DNA of 64,000 nucleotides from Octopus bimaculoides (GCF_001194135.2 NC_069000.1:9237843-9301842); one strand, 5' to 3'; counted from the first letter of the stretch, positions 38,466 to 52,445 are shown. The notes: generated by a model not told the origin, from the letters alone. Numbers and translations are program-made.

Positions 38466-39337
38466 AACATTATATAATCAAGACTCGACAACTTAATTCA
38501 TTTAACAGAACCAATATACATTGGCTGAACATCTCCAATAAACAAAAAAACACATCATTGTATTCCAAATATCATACAAGATACAAATGCTTGGTACAAC
38601 CATTTGTGACAGTTTGTTATCAAGGCTTGCTTTTGCCAAGACTGAGTCATACAATAATTTTTTATTCTTTTAACTTACATACATTATTGTATTTTTGCTT
38701 AAAAACCATTGAATTCTTTATTTTCTATTCTCTTGTAATTCAATGCCCAGCCAAATTTGGTATTAAACATTTCACCCAACCCTTCATGCCTATATTTTCC
38801 CATTAGCCACTAACCTACAATTATTCAAACTTATATTTCTGAGATATTTATAGTTGGTCTGAGGAGGAGGGATAATTTCATTTGCTTCTGAAACAGGCAT
38901 TTGCTTTCTTAATAATAAATCTAATACGCTGAACAATTTATGACCAAAAAAGAAAACTGCAATTATATATACACAATTAAGTTCCCTATGTCATTTTCAC
39001 ACTAGGTTCAATAAGTTAAAGGAATTTTTTATATCCAAAAGACAAAGAAATAAAGTTCTTTTTTACCAAGGAAACAATTAGAAGTACATTGTAAAGTTTC
39101 AAAGATGTATTACGCTTCCATTTCTTTTTAATCTACAGAAAGATTTCCAGCTGTTTGAGATGACAAGAAGTTGATCACTGTTGGTTGATATCCCATCACT
39201 TGAACAGTACAGTGCCTATAGACTGTAAAGTTAAATCCTGTTGACCTGTGCTGGTATCTCAGCAGCCATTTGCAAAAGTTGGCAGCAGATTTTACAGTAT
39301 ATACAACATACTTCCACTTTTGTTTTTAGATGCTCAT

Positions 39338-39341
<4 letters not shown>

Positions 39342-39383
<42 letters not shown>

Positions 39384-39705
39384 NNNNNNNNNNNNNNNNN
39401 NNNNNNNNNNNNNNNNNNNNNNNNNNNNNNNNNNNNNNNNNNNNNNNNNNNNNNNNNNNNNNNNNNNNNNNNNNNNNNNNNNNNNNNNNNNNNNNNNNNN
39501 NNNNNNNNNNNNNNNNNNNNNNNNNNNNNNNNNNNNNNNNNNNNNNNNNNNNNNNNNNNNNNNNNNNNNNNNNNNNNNNNNNNNNNNNNNNNNNNNNNNN
39601 NNNNNNNNNNNNNNNNNNNNNNNNNNNNNNNNNNNNNNNNNNNNNNNNNNNNNNNNNNNNNNNNNNNNNNNNNNNNNNNNNNNNNNNNNNNNNNNNNNNN
39701 NNNNN

Positions 39706-39756
<51 letters not shown>
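39342..39756. repeat. (GA)n microsatellite spanning a gap
   Basis: GA runs on both sides of N 39384-39705. Confidence 0.9.
39384..39705. other. Assembly gap (N run)
   Basis: N bases. Confidence 1.
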
Positions 39757-39759
<3 letters not shown>

Positions 39760-42618
39760 TCTCAACCCTTGTATTCATGATCCAGTGAAACAGCAGAGAC
39801 AAGGCAATTGGAAGAACCTGGTTTATTTGATGGTGACCTGTCATAGGGTATGTACAACTTTTTTATAGATCCAACAGTGTTATCACTTGGGTCATTGCCC
39901 TCTGGTGAATGCTGCTACTGTTGATTGGTAACTACTTATTAGGCTTCAAATTGTATTATTTCAGTTAAACCCTGTATCTATTTAGAGGCCACTTCACTGT
40001 CCACAACTTGTGGACATCTATAACAGTACAGCTCTACAAACACTAGTTTCACTCTGTTCTAAATAGGTATGATGGACAGGTAAAGTCCACTGCTCAGTGG
40101 AGTGAGTAAGCAGTAGAATTAAGAAATATTTTCTCATTAGCACGCAGTACTGATGCAAAATCTTTCTATGGATTTGAGTCATGATAAAATCATATATATC
40201 ATAGTCCTGAGTAAACGAGTCTATGATCACCATGCCAACACAGATACAGCTTACATAAAGGAATCTACAAAATATAGATACATCTTCAATGAAGGAGACT
40301 CTAAGTAAATGTTAATTAGTGACTCACAATGTATTTATTATTTTGATAACTTCTCTCCATGGTTTAACAAACAATCGCCATCAACAACAGAAGTGGGGTT
40401 AAGTATGCAACTGAATAATTGCTAAGATAATACTTATTTATTGACAGGAAATATATTTGGGGTTGTTGTCATTGTTTGGTCCCAGATCAACCTCGATTAG
40501 GCAATCCTTTTATCAAAGACATTCCAGGCATGACTACCCTGTCTTTTTAGGAATGTCTAATTTATTGAATAGATAGCAATACTAGGCACTTATTCTAATA
40601 ACCTTAGAGAGATGAAAGGCAAAATCAGTTCCAACAGGATTTGAACTCAGAATGTAAGTGAATATGAATATTATTTAAGATGTCGTTCATTATTGAAGAC
40701 GATAAGGTGTGATATAAAGAGATGATTTGGCTGCTACTTCTAGCAGGGACAAGGACCTTGTGGAGGTTCACTACTTTGAAATTGTTGTAATCTATGGGGA
40801 GAAACTATATTTGGTCAAAATAGATGCCCAAAAGAAATTGTTGAAACCAAATGATGTAAACAGATTCAAATGATATAGCAGACTTTAAAAAGAATGGTCA
40901 TTTTATAAGCTAGAAAGATCTCCCCATCCATTAATGTAATCCAATGCTTGCTTTTGCTTGCCAAAAGATTCAGGTAACTCAAATAAATCAATCAAAATCT
41001 TATATTTACAAAGACAGCAGAGAAATTCGGTTTCAAATGTTCAAAATGTAGGAATGAATTTTTTTTTTTCCTTTCTTTTATTTTTTGAATCATTTTATTC
41101 TTTGCCATTACCATAAAATATAACAATGTGTAGAAACCAAAGTTTATAACTCTTATATGAAAATGCTACGTGTTGCCATGGAATAAATCAACTAAGATAT
41201 CTCTTTCTTTTGGGTGGGACACCAGTGTGATAGCTTCAACTTAGAACTTCTAGCTAATAAACCACTGAAGTCAAAAGCAAACAGTGAGGTATCTACTTCC
41301 ATTATAAGGAAAATAAATGTCTAATATTTCAGAAAGTGGCCTTATCTTTTTTGTATTTTACTGAATTGAGTTTTATAGGCACAGGCTGTCAAGTTCTCTA
41401 GAATTCTAGTAATTATTATAAATTACAGCAATGAAATCATTTAGCAGAAACAGCATGAAGATTGTGTTAAAGATACAAGTGCCTGTGGAATATTCAACCA
41501 TTTATTCTTGTACCTTTAACACAATCATCAGGCAGATTGTGTTGAACAGATAATGATAGCTTACATAGCTGGCTATTTAAAAATACATTACAAACATGCA
41601 ATTTTTTAAGAGACAATTCCAATAATTATAGCTCATCAAAAGAGGTGCTATGTTATGAAATAGGATTTAGATTTCATTTTAAATATTTTACTAGTTCGTG
41701 ACTAAATGGAATTTCTACATAATTATCCATCCTACCAACCAAGTTCAGTTTTAGTGGTTTCTTTCCATTTCCTTTTTGTCTTCATCTGTCCACTTTTACA
41801 ATCACGAAGTCACTTTAACTGAACAAAGAAGGATTAAAGACACTTAGAATGAAATTATTGAAAGTCTAAATGATATTGAACATGTTTTCCTAATTTAGAA
41901 CATCAATCAACTTTCAAAACAATAGACATTACATTGGATGAAAATTGTTTAACTTTACTAAATTGGTAAGAAGCAGTTTTTAAGCATTAACTGACAATAA
42001 CAATATTCTGAAACAAATAACATGCATTCAGAATTTAAATAATGTTTTAATTTAGCCATAAGATTATGGAAGGGAAGGTTATGTATCTTGATTAACACTT
42101 CAACTCAGCAACCTGGTATCTTATCACATAGGTCATTCTGTTTTACTTAAAATAAATGACCAAAAAATTTGCTATTTACAGTTATCTGAAATGATAAATT
42201 AATTTCGAAGTATCTCTGAATAACAGAAAACCAAAGGATATTTATTTTACTCAGACATTGAAAAGCAAAACAAATACTTGACTTGTCCTGAATTGATGCA
42301 CCTTGGAGTAGGAACATATTAATGGTTTCTGTAGAGTGTTTTATGTACCACACTGAATGCCAACAAAATATTTTCTTGCTACTTACAGTAAAGATGAACC
42401 AGCACATAGTACCAACTATTTACAACTAGGTGGACTGGACCATGAACATAGAGAACCCATAGTGACTGCATATGAAGCATTGACTGCTCAGTGGTTCAAA
42501 ATCCTAATGATTTGGCTATCTATGTAATTTTACAGTAAAATACACCAAAGCAATTCCTAAAATAATTTAAAGAACTACATTAGTTAATTTAGTGTTATCA
42601 TATTTAGTGAAAGGATCA

Positions 42619-42848
42619 TTAACCTTTTTGTTACTATACTTCTGCTGAGATGCTCTGTGTTTTTCCCAATTAATTTTAAATATAAGAAAAAATTTAGTAA
42701 AATAACTTAGTTATCATTAAGCGAGGGTTAGGAACATAAATTATAACTAAGGTTTGGCAGAAGATTTTAATTCAGATTTTTTGAAAACAAGACATTTCTT
42801 GTACAGAACCAGAGACGGTTTCAGGCGGGTTGATATCAAAAAGGTTAA
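42619..42848. mobile_element. 230-bp MITE with TTAA ends and about 16-bp TIRs (piggyBac-like)
   Basis: The left end is TTAACCTTTTTGTTAC and the right end reverse-complements to TTAACCTTTTTGATATC; no coding capacity. Confidence 0.65.
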
Positions 42849-42874
42849 AAAACACTGCCGTCATTTTTAATATA

Positions 42875-43010
42875 CATTTTTCTATGTTTTCCTGGGTCAG
42901 ATGAAGATTACTTAGGCAGATATTCTACAGCTGAATGCCCTTCCTGCTGCAAACCCTTACCTGTCCCCAAATAAGGTAATATTTCTCCATGGCTAGACAT
43001 GTTTTTGCAG
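42875..43010 (-). mobile_element. RTE 3'-tail-related fragment
   Basis: ttctacagctgaatgcccttcctgctgcaaaccc core shared with 25590-25610. Confidence 0.6.
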
Positions 43011-43761
43011 AATTATAAATAATTATATGATTATATATAAAAAAGAGCTATGTTCCTTAATTACTAATATTTTTATTATATTGGTAAGTATAAGAGACTA
43101 TTGCAGCCTTTTTTCAATCATATTAGACTTTCTCAGTAAACCAGAGACTTCACAATACTTGCTGAATTAGTGATGAGAAAATTAATAAGTAAATATAAAA
43201 CTAAAAACATTGAGGTAAATGAATTATTCAGATACCATCTGCATAAAAAACAATAACTAGGTTGGTGCTAACGTATCTAATTAGAATATTAAATAGAATA
43301 TATTACTCAGTGACAACACCTGCATTTTTCTGCAAGATCTAAACAGTACTGAATTTATCATACCATTCAGACAGCTAAACAATGAAAATATACACCAATA
43401 ATATATACTAATATATATATATAAAAGATTAACTATCACTTGCAAGCAGGTTAAGACCTAGTAACTTGTATCACACTTTCATTAATTGTTTATACCTATG
43501 TAGTCACAAGCAAACATAAACCTCTTCTGAGCCCTCCCAGCCCCTTGATCCAGCAGAATATTGAGGATGTGATAGCTGGAGGGAAAGAGGGCTGCACCAG
43601 CTCTCAGTTGGTATCCATTTTCAATTGAGTAGGCTGAAGCAACATGAACTGATGCCTTGCCCAAGTACATGACATGCCACAACCTTATAATTGTGTGCAT
43701 AACACCTTAACCATTAAACTAAAGATGCATGTGTACGCATGCACGCGTTTGTGTATGCATA

Positions 43762-44075
43762 GGTGCAAAGTGGCTGTGTGGTAAAGAACTTCCTGTTCAC
43801 ATGGTTCCAGGTTCAGTTCCACTGCATAGCACCTTGGGCAAGTGTCTTCTACTACAATCCTGGAGCCTACTAAAGCCTCATGAGTGGATTTGGTAGAAAT
43901 GCTTAGTGGTATTTCGTCTGTCTTTATGTTCTGAGATCAAATTTCGCTGAGGTTGACTTTGCCTTTCATCCTTGCAGGGTTGATAAATTAAGTACCAGTT
44001 GCGTACTGGGGTCAATCTAATCGACTGGCCCCACTCCCCAAAAATTTCAGGCCTTGTGCCTAGAGTAGAAAAGGA
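43762..44075 (+). mobile_element. Adjacent SINE family A 5' half (to about 43897) and SINE family B body
   Basis: gtgcaaagtggctgtgtggtaaagaac...gagtggatttggtag followed directly by aaatgcttagtggtatttcgtctgtctttatgttctgagatcaaatttcgctgaggttgactttgcctttcatcc...ccttgtgcctagagtagaaaag. Confidence 0.8.
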
Positions 44076-44207
44076 CATATGTGTATCGGCATATTAGTTA
44101 TTTCAATATCAGCTTCATTGGGAAACAAAAGAAAAAAGAACTTCCTTTAAATATTAAAATAAATCATCAATTCTTAGCATATATACTTGTTGCTTCACAT
44201 GTAACCA

Positions 44208-44238
<31 letters not shown>

Positions 44239-45319
44239 GATATATATATACCAAACTTCCTTTCTCTTCCCAACTAGACCAAACATTCTGCGAGCACAAA
44301 ATCAATCACATCTGGTAAGACTGTAGAGTTACTTAAGGCAACAACCAGTGGTAAATCAATTTTTATTTCTAAAATGTCTACAGTTCAGTTTTTCAAATCC
44401 TTATGAAATTTCATCCTATTTCTGAAGCTACAAAGTATCTTTCTTTTTTCATGTTTTGCTGTATTTTAAAAATTATCTTATTTATTTATTTATTTATTTT
44501 TATCCTGACATCTGCCCAATAATCAAGCAAGGACACACAACCAAGCTGCTTTAGACCATTATCTCTTCCTAATTATCACTCCATTGAAATATTGCTAGAA
44601 TCTTGGGAAAGATAATCAATATGGAGTGCTTTCTACATATTTTGTTGAATTAAATAGGAAAAAAAAAAAGAGTAATTATAGACAAGGCATGTGGAACTAT
44701 AACAATTAGACAAAAATAAAATATCAAGTTGAAAACTGGACTTCAGCTATTGTTTTTGTGTTGTTTTTTTTAACATAACACTAAATAAAATTTTTTAGAA
44801 ATATATCAATTTTTGAAATTATTTTAAATTGTATTATTTTAACTGAAATGGACATATTTAAATAGGAAATTATAATTTACAATTTAAAGAGGAAATGAAA
44901 TCTATTTCTATGTATGGTATGTATAACCAATTGTTGCCGCCATTCTTTAATTTGTCTTTCATTCATTTAGTTGTTTTCTCTTAATTTTTCTCTTTTTTTT
45001 ATATGTAATAGTAGAGATATTATCCTTTGCCGGGGGACAATTAGAAGGTTGATTTTTATTCAGAACACTGACTTGAAGAATCTAATGTATAAGTGAGATG
45101 CTGTATTCTTTTAATACAAAATATTTTGAAAACAGAATATCAATATTTCTACTGACTGGATGGTAGAATGTGTTCTTCCTTGGTTTTGAGAGGTGTTGCA
45201 TCTGCAGTGATGTAATATGTTGCAACTAGAATATGTTTCCCTTAAACGGAAGGAAATTGTATTTTCTCAATTAAGTCAATTTAATTGAAACAATAAGTAC
45301 CAATCACAGTAATTAGGTG

Positions 45320-45555
45320 AACAAAGAGCCAACAAGGAGCACTCTACATGGTTTCTCAACCGGCTAGAAACAGCAAACAAACTTCCTTTCATTTTAACCA
45401 AACTATCTTACAAAAGGAAGAATATATTAGATAGCATAGTTCTAAATATGTCTGCTTCTCATCCCCCACAAAAGATGGGATTGTCATGGCTAGAATGTCT
45501 TTGAGCATTGTTCTGCCCAATCAGGGTTGAAATGAAGTTAAACAGTTGCAACAAC
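45320..45555 (+). mobile_element. Unclassified short retroposon-like family C
   Basis: ctctacatggtttctcaaccggctagaaacagcaaac...atgggattgtcatggctagaatgtctttgagcat...tcagggttga...aaacagttgcaacaac. Related copies lie near 700-790, 20200-20510, 21400-21600, 32970-33030, 40460-40770, 49550-49750, 55680-55730 and 60870-61010. Confidence 0.6.
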
Positions 45556-46475
45556 CAGTAGAGCAATGAGTGTAAGGAAAATAGGTAAAACATTTTCTTC
45601 AATAAATCGAATGAGGATACAATCAAATGGCTCACTAGATAAGTCTTGTTTCCTCTTTTAAAGAGCTGTAAGCTTATAGTTTATTAATGACTCTGATGTG
45701 TCTAAACAAAGTACAATCATTACTCTACCAACCTTACCTAGCAGGAGAGCAACTAAGAACAAGGAGAGAATGATTTTGTGGTTAATTTATAAGTAATTTA
45801 TAAGCAATTCAGATTGAATCATCATCTTACACCAGCTTAAATGCAATAGAATAATTCTGATGTATAAGTTTAAACCCAAGGAAGTCTCTCATTCTTGATA
45901 ACATAAATGATTAGAGTTGCAGCAAACCAAGTCAATAAGGTACAAGACTTCAAGCTAAGGAGTCAAAGTCTTGTGTCTTGTCACTGGTACTGCTCTTTAT
46001 CTATAGCAAATACAATGAATGAAGTTTTCTGATGAGAAACATTTAAGTAAAGATATTTCCAGGTTTATATGTAGAATGTAAATTAGGGTAAACATGTGCC
46101 TGCACGCATGGGTGTGTGTGCATGTGTGTGTGTGTGCATGTGTGTGTTGTGTGCATGCGTGCATGTGTGTTATGTAGAGTCTATCATAAAAAAATACTTT
46201 GAAATAATGTTTCCCTGATTGCTGTTGTGTGTTGATTAGCCATACTCACCTTTGGGTGAACAGACTTAAAGCATAAAGTCAAGAGATTCTGTTTAAGCTT
46301 ACTGAAGGACATTTTTCAGATAAATCAACAGGTTAAGCAGCCAAGTTTAAGCTCAATTTTTATTTGTATATTGCTTCTAAAAATGTTTGTGACAAAAATT
46401 GAACTCCAGAAACTTAATATAGCCAAAATATTTATCTTTTTTGTGATTTTTGATATTATGGTATTATTATAAAAA

Positions 46476-46692
46476 GGCAATGAGATGGCAGAACCATTAG
46501 CATGCTGGGCAAAATGCTTAGCAGCATTTCATCTGTCTTTACATTCTGAGTTCAAATTCAATTGAGGTCAATTTTGCCTTTCATCCCTTTAAGGGTCAAT
46601 AAAATAAGTGCCAGTTAAGCACTGAGGCCAATGTAATCAACTTACCCCTTCTCCCAGAATTGCTGGCCTTGTGCCAAAATTTGAAACCAATA
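46476..46692 (+). mobile_element. SINE family B, near full length
   Basis: aaggcaatgagatggcagaaccattagcatgctgggcaaaatgcttagc...gttcaaattcaattgaggtcaattttgcctttcatccc...ggccttgtgccaaaatttgaaaccaatatta. Confidence 0.8.
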
Positions 46693-46832
46693 TTACAATA
46701 ATATAAATCCATGATTTAAAACAGGCTTTCAAAACTTAAATCTAAACAAAACAAGGGATTTTAAAAAAAACTGCAAAATATCTGATTACTAAATTAAATA
46801 AAAGAAGAAAGAATAGTATAATGTGAACTTAC

Positions 46833-46882
46833 GGCTCTGGAGGAGGAGAAACTTTTGCAGCAGTATCGCTTGACACTTGTGG
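46833..46882 (-). CDS. SPA17: Coding exon (50 nt, phase 0>2): PQVSSDTAAKVSPPPEP, Pro/Ser-rich linker
   Basis: Acceptor ttttctatctaattttag| and donor GCC|gtaagtt; GC-richer than flanks. Its phases bridge the 52949 and 33373 exons exactly. Confidence 0.75.
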
Positions 46883-49800
46883 CTAAAATTAGATAGAAAA
46901 GATAACTATTTGAAAGGAAGAAAATTGTTTATTCATTAAAAAGAAATTAAAGTGCTTTTTATATGATACTCATAAATAACATCAAAGAATTTTAGTTTTC
47001 TTCGTGTGCATGTGTGTGAAGAGATACATACATACATTTATATATATTTGAAAGGAGGGAAAGAAAAACAGAGAAGGGTAGAGAGATGGGAAGGAAAAAA
47101 AGTGAGATACTTAAATTTACAAATGAGAGAAGAAATTACTGAATACATTAAGTAGAGTTCAAATACTTTTAAAAAGTATTAGACGACTTTTTCCTTTCTT
47201 TCTTTTTCACTGTTACTTCAAGTTTCACATTTCCACTTATGAAGCTGTTTGATAAGTAGAAACACAAAACTTGAAGTAACAACACAAGAAAATTTTGGCT
47301 TCCACACACAGACACCCATGACACTCATGCACACACGCACACATGGCCAAAGGAACACCAACCACTTGTACTTGTGTATAGTGTAAATAAGTAGCACCAT
47401 TGTACGGGTATGCACTTTTAAACATGCTGAAGTATTACAGTTAATTATAAAGACAAAAGCCATACAATTTTGTGCTCTAGTTCTCAATATTGAACTATGA
47501 AAGGGTAATGAAAATGACAAAGCATCAGAGGATAAAACTAAAGGCATATTGACTTTACTGTCATCCAATGAATTATAAGGTAAATTTAGTAGACTATATT
47601 TATTCCTTTCAAAATTTGACCTGTGTCTAAACAAATTAATTTGTGTATATGAAAGATATAAGATTTTGTTTGACAAGTTTCAGTAAAATTTCGATACAAT
47701 TTGATCTACACTGACAGTGACTGCTAATAGCAAGGGGATCAATTATACATGCAAATGGATAAGATGGGTAAATCAAATGGTAACACCAACCATAATAACA
47801 GTATTGATATTTGTCAGGTGGTAGGTTGGTTGAATTGTTAGAGCATTGGAATAAATGCATTGCAGGATATCTTTTTTTTTTTTTTTTGCTCTCTACATTC
47901 TGATAGCTGTTATTCATGTCGGCAACAAAAGGGTTTCTTTACATTGATGATGAAAGGCAGACACTGTCTGTCTGTCTCTCTGTATAACAGTATATAATGG
48001 ATGATGCTCATTGACTAAAAAAGACCTTCAGGAACTGAAGAAATAGGAGTCAAGTATGATCTTTTGAATGTGTAAAATTAATTTGTATGGGAGTTAGAAC
48101 ATCTAAATGATTCACAAATATACTGATTACCATTTTATCATATTTACCATCTTTCGAAAACTGCACTACCTGATGGTATGTAATTACAATAAGATTGATT
48201 TAGCTGTCATGAATTATGTAGCCATAGATAGTGCACAGTACAGTGACTAGATGTGAACTGCAAACCTCAATCAGTAGGAGTTTGTCCAAAGCAGATAACC
48301 ATAAGAAAGCAGATGTTAAATTAACATTGATGACTGATTATACATTGATGAGATTTTTGCATCTGATGAACTTCATTGCCACCTCCAGAAAATAATCAAT
48401 AAAGATACTGATATGCCATCTGTATCAAAAATAAGGTTAATGACTTTGAAATGTAATGTAATGAAAGGTAACCTCTTTTTTTGATAAAGTAATTTTAGCC
48501 TTCTATGAAAAATTAATAAAGTGGTTATACCACAGTTGTTTTTTCTCTCCCTCTAGAGAGAAAATTTGACTAGTTTCTAGTCTTCATACACCTTCGTCAG
48601 AGAGAGAGAATATGCATCTCCTGTCCATTGAGCAGTTATAGCTATTTATAGTGTGTACAAACAAAGACACAGTTAAACAGGTCAGTATAATTTGCATAAT
48701 AGTGCATGCCTTGCCAATCACTTGTTTTAGACGGACCAGTTTAGCAAAGTTTGAGTTTGTGCACATTGTGAACAGCTATAAACAACTAATTTCTCCATAG
48801 GAAGAAGGCATATAGTCTTTTTTAAAAAGGTCTGGAAAGATTAGAAACTAGTCAGATTGATCCCACATTTTCTGTATACAGAGAGATGAAAATCTGTGGT
48901 GTAACCATTTTGTTAACTTTTTGCAGTGAAGCTAAAATTGTGTTTATCAAAAAAAGTATACCTTATTTTCCATTACAAATTATTCCAAAACACTGTGCCA
49001 TGCATTATTAATAGATTAGTTAATTACTTTATTTTACACAGGAAACCATCTTATGTACAATGTATTTTGATGTTATTTTTCTTTAAAAATGTATTTTCCA
49101 ATTTGGTTGTAGCTTAAACAGACCTTCAAACTTATAGGTTTATAACTATAAGACATTCAAACTTATAAGTTCTAAGCATGCTTTATAAGTTTTAATGGAG
49201 GGATTACTCTGCAAAATATCTATAATTAGTGATTGCTGCTGGAATATGCTGCTGCAATTTGCATACACACAGCATGTGTGACTGTGAAGTTCACAAAAAA
49301 GTAACGTGCATAGTTATGATGGATTGCATGTATGAACTGTGATTGGAGGAATTTGCAAACATAATGACGAGAAAGCTGAGTGATAGTCTCTGTGCATCCC
49401 AAGGCATAGGGTTACTGAATCAGACTAAGGGTACTTCAAAACGAATGAATAAAAAAATGATTGAATGTAAACTCAGCAGTCACTGATTTGTTGTTTGGAT
49501 TAACTAATAAATGGTGTGGTGCTTTACTTAAGAATGTAATACATAGCAACATCAGCCAATGAGGTAGACTTTATGAGGTTGCTTAACCAGCTGGAAATGA
49601 CAGTCAAATCTCTCTTACATTGCACTCTACTGTCTTAAAAATGGGAAAGCGACACAATGTAATACTAGATATCCCTAAAATGACAGGATGATCATAACTG
49701 GAGTGCTTTGATTATAGAGACGCTCAATGATGATTGCCCTGATATATTAAACACCCTTACTTCACAGTCACACAGGTCTTGCGTTTCTTTTGTGGTTCAG

Positions 49801-50764
49801 TGTATGTATAAACATGTGTGTGTGTATTTGAATCTAATGTAGATGGATAGTCATTTAAACAGGAAAGACGGTCATCAATATTTATGGCTGTAAAAGTATT
49901 CAAAATGCAATAGTTTCACAGTGTCACTCTGACACATGCATACACACATACAGATATGCAACACATGCACACACATACAGATATACTTAAGTTTTCATTC
50001 TACACTGACTCACAGTGAATGAAAATAAGACCAATGGTGGGTGGACAGTTAAATGGAGTGGTAATTAGATAAGATTCAGGTGTCTGGTCTATAACTGAAA
50101 CCCTACCAGTCTATGAGGGGCACAACACCCTACCAGCAATTAGTAAGCGGAAAGAGAGATCTTTAGTGTTTTAGTAAAACACAGAAAAAAACAAAGAGGA
50201 GGTAGAAGGGGGTTGAGAAAGAAACCAAAGGCTATATAAAGAACATGTAAGGTTATAATTAAATTTGCTATCAATGATGATGCCAATATTGATAGTGGTG
50301 ATGGTGATGAATGTAATAAGGAGAAGGAAAGAAATGGAGTGGGAATTGAAGTAGGAAAAAGAAGACATTGTTTTTCATATTTTGTATTAATGGTCTTATA
50401 ACTGTCCTGACTACTGAGTTTTTGGTAATAAAAATAATGCTATATTATTAATAATTTTAATCAGATAGTATATTGCAAAATATGAACAGATTTGTTTTCT
50501 CATTTAACAATGATAATGCCAGAGAGAGTGAGCCATGTTTACAGAAAATATCTCTAGGAAAAAGCATTACTGTCACAACACCGCATTTCTCTTTTCTTAA
50601 AACATGGAGTCTTTGTTTTTGTTTTGTTTTTTAGTGAAAATAAATCAATATATTTTTAAAAAGTGAATGATCAAAGCACTCAGCTTCTGAGAGTAGGAAC
50701 TGACAAAAGTAAGAGAGTTCTTAACACTTGTTTTAACTTTATTTCCATTATATTTTGTTAGCTT

Positions 50765-50960
50765 ATAACGTTACATCCTTTAACTTTTGTTTTCCATGCC
50801 GGATAGTTCAACATGATTGAACAAGTCAGAGGACTGCATTGAGCTCCGATGTCTGTTTCAGCATGGTTTCTATGGCTGGATGTCCTTCCTAGTACCAACC
50901 ACTTTAAAGAGTGTACTGAGTGCTTTTTCCGTGGCAAGTACATTAGTGAGGTCAACAAGT
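50765..50960 (-). mobile_element. RTE 3'-tail-related fragment
   Basis: tttccatgccggat...ggtttctatggctggatgtccttcctagtaccaaccac...gagtgtactgagtgctttt. Confidence 0.65.
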
Positions 50961-52388
50961 AACTTGGAAGACAAGACCCCTCAGGTGCAGTATTGAGGGA
51001 AATTGTTTTGTGCCAGGTTTTGAGAGGCTAAATATAAGAAAGAAGGCCAGGAATAGGTGCCTTGCTGTACAGGAAACACATAGCTACTCAAGCAGGAAAG
51101 GTAGAAAGGATGGAGATGAGGTATCAAAATATACCCCTAAAGTACAAGAAGGTGGAAAAAGTGAGAATAGGGACAAAGAGTCAAGGAAAGCTGGATGGGT
51201 AGGTTAGTGTGTGAAAGGAGTGACAGATTGTTAGAGATGGGGATGTAGGTGAATGCAGTGAATGTAGAAAATGAGTCGTAGTATGGTCAATGGTAAATCT
51301 CAGTTTTGTGAAGAAAGGAAAATAGGAGTGGATCAAGAAGGAAGGGGTGGCAGGAAATAAAAGGGGTAGGCCACAAGCAGCAGTATAATAAAACTGTGCA
51401 TAGATGGGTAGGGAGATGATGTGCACTCCTGGCATTTCAGCTTTTCCCCAAATTTAATCCCTGCTTACTGAATCACTTCTATATACCAGAAACCTAAAAT
51501 GTAACTTGCAAATGATTTTTAGCTCATTTTCTAATGTCAGACTAATTGCAAAGTTGCATGAAATCTTGTAAATGATACTCTTTCTAAATAAGATTTCTTG
51601 TACATAAAGCGTCCTACTTTTAAGCTTACTCAGTTTTCAGCCAGTCCGTAAGCCTCAAATGGGATGAAACTGGATTCAAATACAGGAAAGTCTTCTCACT
51701 TTCAGCAAGTTCACTCCACTGATGTCTAAACTTTCAGACAAGTATAGTTGGATGCATGGCAGCTAGTCACTAATTTCCTTTTACCAATTTTTATGAGGCC
51801 ATAATGAGGATGATGATGATGATGATGGTGATAGTACTGGTAATTATTGAGGTAATGTTTGTAAGGATAGTAATGAGAAAGGTAGTGAATATAGGAATGA
51901 CAGCAGTGATGGTGATTATCATGAGTTTGATGATGATGATGATGATGATGATGAAGAGATGGAGAAGGGGAGAAGAAAAGAGGAAAAGTCAGAGGAGTGT
52001 AGTGGTGTAACTTCAACTCAGAATTATATAATGCAATATGCTGCTGCTGCTACTACTACTATTGATGCTACTGCTTTTGAAGCGTAGGCAATTTAAGGAG
52101 ATGAGTAACTGCAACAGTAGTTTGAAATGTCCATTCCATTACAAGATTGTGATATAGTGGATAAAATTGAGACCTTGCACCAGAAACAAAGATATTCCAT
52201 GTTTGAACACAGCCAATGTATGTGTGTGTGCATGTAGGTGACTGTGTGTAAGCAAAGATCCACTGAAGATGACTGAAGAGTAGATCAAATGAATCAGACA
52301 AACACAAACATGAAATACGAGGTTAATAGTTCAGAAATTTCAAACTGTATAATCAGTTTGTTTAGTAAATCTACAACACATGGAAATA

Positions 52389-52445
52389 GATAGAAAATGT
52401 GGAACTTATGGAGATAGAAAATGTGGAACTTATGGAGATAGAAAA
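52389..52445. repeat. 24-bp tandem duplication (atagaaaatgtggaacttatggag x2.3)
   Basis: Direct reading. Confidence 0.85.

Noticed and set aside
41172-41185. RFX X-box-like GTTGCCATGGAATA, tempting for a ciliary gene
   Set aside because: The 3' half deviates from consensus, it lies mid-intron, and one such match is expected by chance.
47218-47676. 152-aa minus-strand ORF
   Set aside because: No motif, AT-rich codons, and includes a (TG)-derived stretch; no convincing splice context. Treated as a chance intronic ORF.
51726-52016. His-rich and Met-rich ORFs (also at 26745 and 53839)
   Set aside because: Translations of (GAT)/(CAC) simple repeats.
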